A stretch of DNA of 64,000 nucleotides, taken from positions 44,544 through 108,543 of the forward strand of contig JAFSMO010000059.1 of assembly GCA_017447865.1 (NCBI GenBank). Reading direction: 5' to 3'. The translations under genes and the position numbers were made by a program. Every line of letters starts with the position of its first letter. The first letter of the stretch is position 1. The notes under the pieces are model-generated. The model worked only from the letters and a program-made list of their open reading frames with translations, made no database searches and was not told where the DNA came from. The DNA comes from Thermoguttaceae bacterium (GTDB taxonomy: Bacteria; Planctomycetota; Planctomycetia; Pirellulales; Thermoguttaceae). Below are positions 63,017 to 64,000 of the stretch, in pieces.

Positions 63017-64000
63017 CCGACGAACAAATGCTGCAAAATTCGAAAATTTACTCCAGAATCTTCTGGTCCTTTATGGCAGTTCACGCCCTTTTCTGGACGT
63101 TTGCTCCTCCCTTTTTTCTTCCCAATTACCGACCGGATACTCTGGAAATGATTTTCGTTGGAAAGCATTGGCTCCTTTCTTCCTTCAAGCATCCCGGTTT
63201 TCAGGGTTGGGTCGTACAGATCCTGGAAATGCTTACAGGTGGAGCGGAGTTCGCGCCGTATCTGGCGGCCCAAATCGCTGTGGTTCTTACGATCTGGTGC
63301 ATCTGGAAAATGGCGCAGGAATTCCTCTCCCCGCAAGCCGCACTTGTTGCAGCGCTCGCGATGCTCACGTACTACTATTTCAATTTCGACAGTACTCTTT
63401 ACAATAATCGCACGTACTTCCGTTTTTTCTCGTCTTTAGCGCAGCTTTTAACCTTATACGCACTGAAAACCAATCGGTTTCGTTTCTGGCTCGGCACCGG
63501 AATTGTGCTGGCGGCGGGAATTTACTGTAAACTCACGACTCTGCTGACCATTTTAACGATCGTGTCGTTTATGCTTGTGGATCGTCAGTCCAGGTCTTTT
63601 TGGCGGACTTACGGTCCCTGGCTTTCCACCGGAGTCTGTTTCGTGCTGACGATTCCGTATCTGGTCTGGCTGGTCCGGTATAATTTTCCGCCAGTCACTT
63701 ACGCGATGAGCGAGCTTTCCAGTACTCAACCCGCATTTGTGGAGCACTTTTCACGTCCGATTGAGTTTTTCCTGTCTCAGATCCCGAACATTCTCCCAAT
63801 ATGCCTGATGCTTGTTCCTCTTCTTGGATTTGGCTGGAAATGGAACTATTCCCATGTTTGGGGCAGTGAAACGAAAGACCGTTTTTTAACGTTCATCATC
63901 CTTTTCCCGCTATTGGTTACCATGGGAATCGCATGCGTAAAAGCCTGCAAAATCCGGGCGGCACTGGGTTGCGAAATTTGGGTTTTCTTTTCGGTTTTCC
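63013..64000 (+). CDS. ArnT/PMT-like (GT39/GT83) membrane glycosyltransferase, 5' part running off the window end
   Basis: The ATG at 63013 overlaps the upstream stop (ATGA). I translated the frame and it stays open to 64000: MTDEQMLQNSKIYSRIFWSFMAVHALFWTFAPPFF...YRPDTLEMIFVGKHW... The protein is polytopic. It is not on the ORF track. Confidence 0.5.
   Translation, partial: MTDEQMLQNSKIYSRIFWSFMAVHALFWTFAPPFFLPNYRPDTLEMIFVGKHWLLSSFKHPGFQGWVVQILEMLTGGAEFAPYLAAQIAVVLTIWCIWKMAQEFLSPQAALVAALAMLTYYYFNFDSTLYNNRTYFRFFSSLAQLLTLYALKTNRFRFWLGTGIVLAAGIYCKLTTLLTILTIVSFMLVDRQSRSFWRTYGPWLSTGVCFVLTIPYLVWLVRYNFPPVTYAMSELSSTQPAFVEHFSRPIEFFLSQIPNILPICLMLVPLLGFGWKWNYSHVWGSETKDRFLTFIILFPLLVTMGIACVKACKIRAALGCEIWVFFSVF

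Overview
This is a high-GC bacterial chromosome segment; most genes look roughly 55-60% GC by eye. The gene content points to Planctomycetota/PVC. It includes a DUF1559 'H-X9-DG' prepilin-type protein, a PEP-CTERM protein, and giant secreted proteins that open with an LQLExLExRxLLSA motif and end in cohesin-like plus dockerin modules. Ordinary housekeeping genes are interspersed: hemA, upp, glgC, a stand-alone EF-G, pyrE, ferritin, tRNA-Ala(UGC), a GntP permease and a LexA-like repressor. Three things stand out. (1) A 17.4-kb two-gene block on the minus strand (47761..57417, then 39880..47601) encodes about 3,218-aa and 2,573-aa proteins with the same end architecture. It is divergently paired, across a 530-nt AT-rich control region, with a beta-barrel OMP, an AsmA/TamB-like protein and an ArnT-like glycosyltransferase. 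(2) An 8.6-kb gene (14959..23562) encodes a 2,867-aa lipoprotein carrying four TlpA/ResA-type thioredoxin domains (3x WCGPC, 1x WCNPC) on a repetitive helical scaffold, with a recent internal tandem duplication. (3) There are several structured intergenic repeats: a 28-bp inverted repeat pair, a MITE-like palindromic element, and heptamer arrays forming a 32-bp hairpin ahead of EF-G. A LexA-like protein also appears to lack the autocleavage site and the catalytic Lys. I saw no CRISPR array, rRNA, transposase, integrase or phage genes. Many long ORFs on the supplied track are antisense shadows of the real genes. Two real genes run off the window edges and are missing from the track (1..413 minus strand, 63013..64000 plus strand). 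All family calls rest on motif recognition by eye, not on searches.
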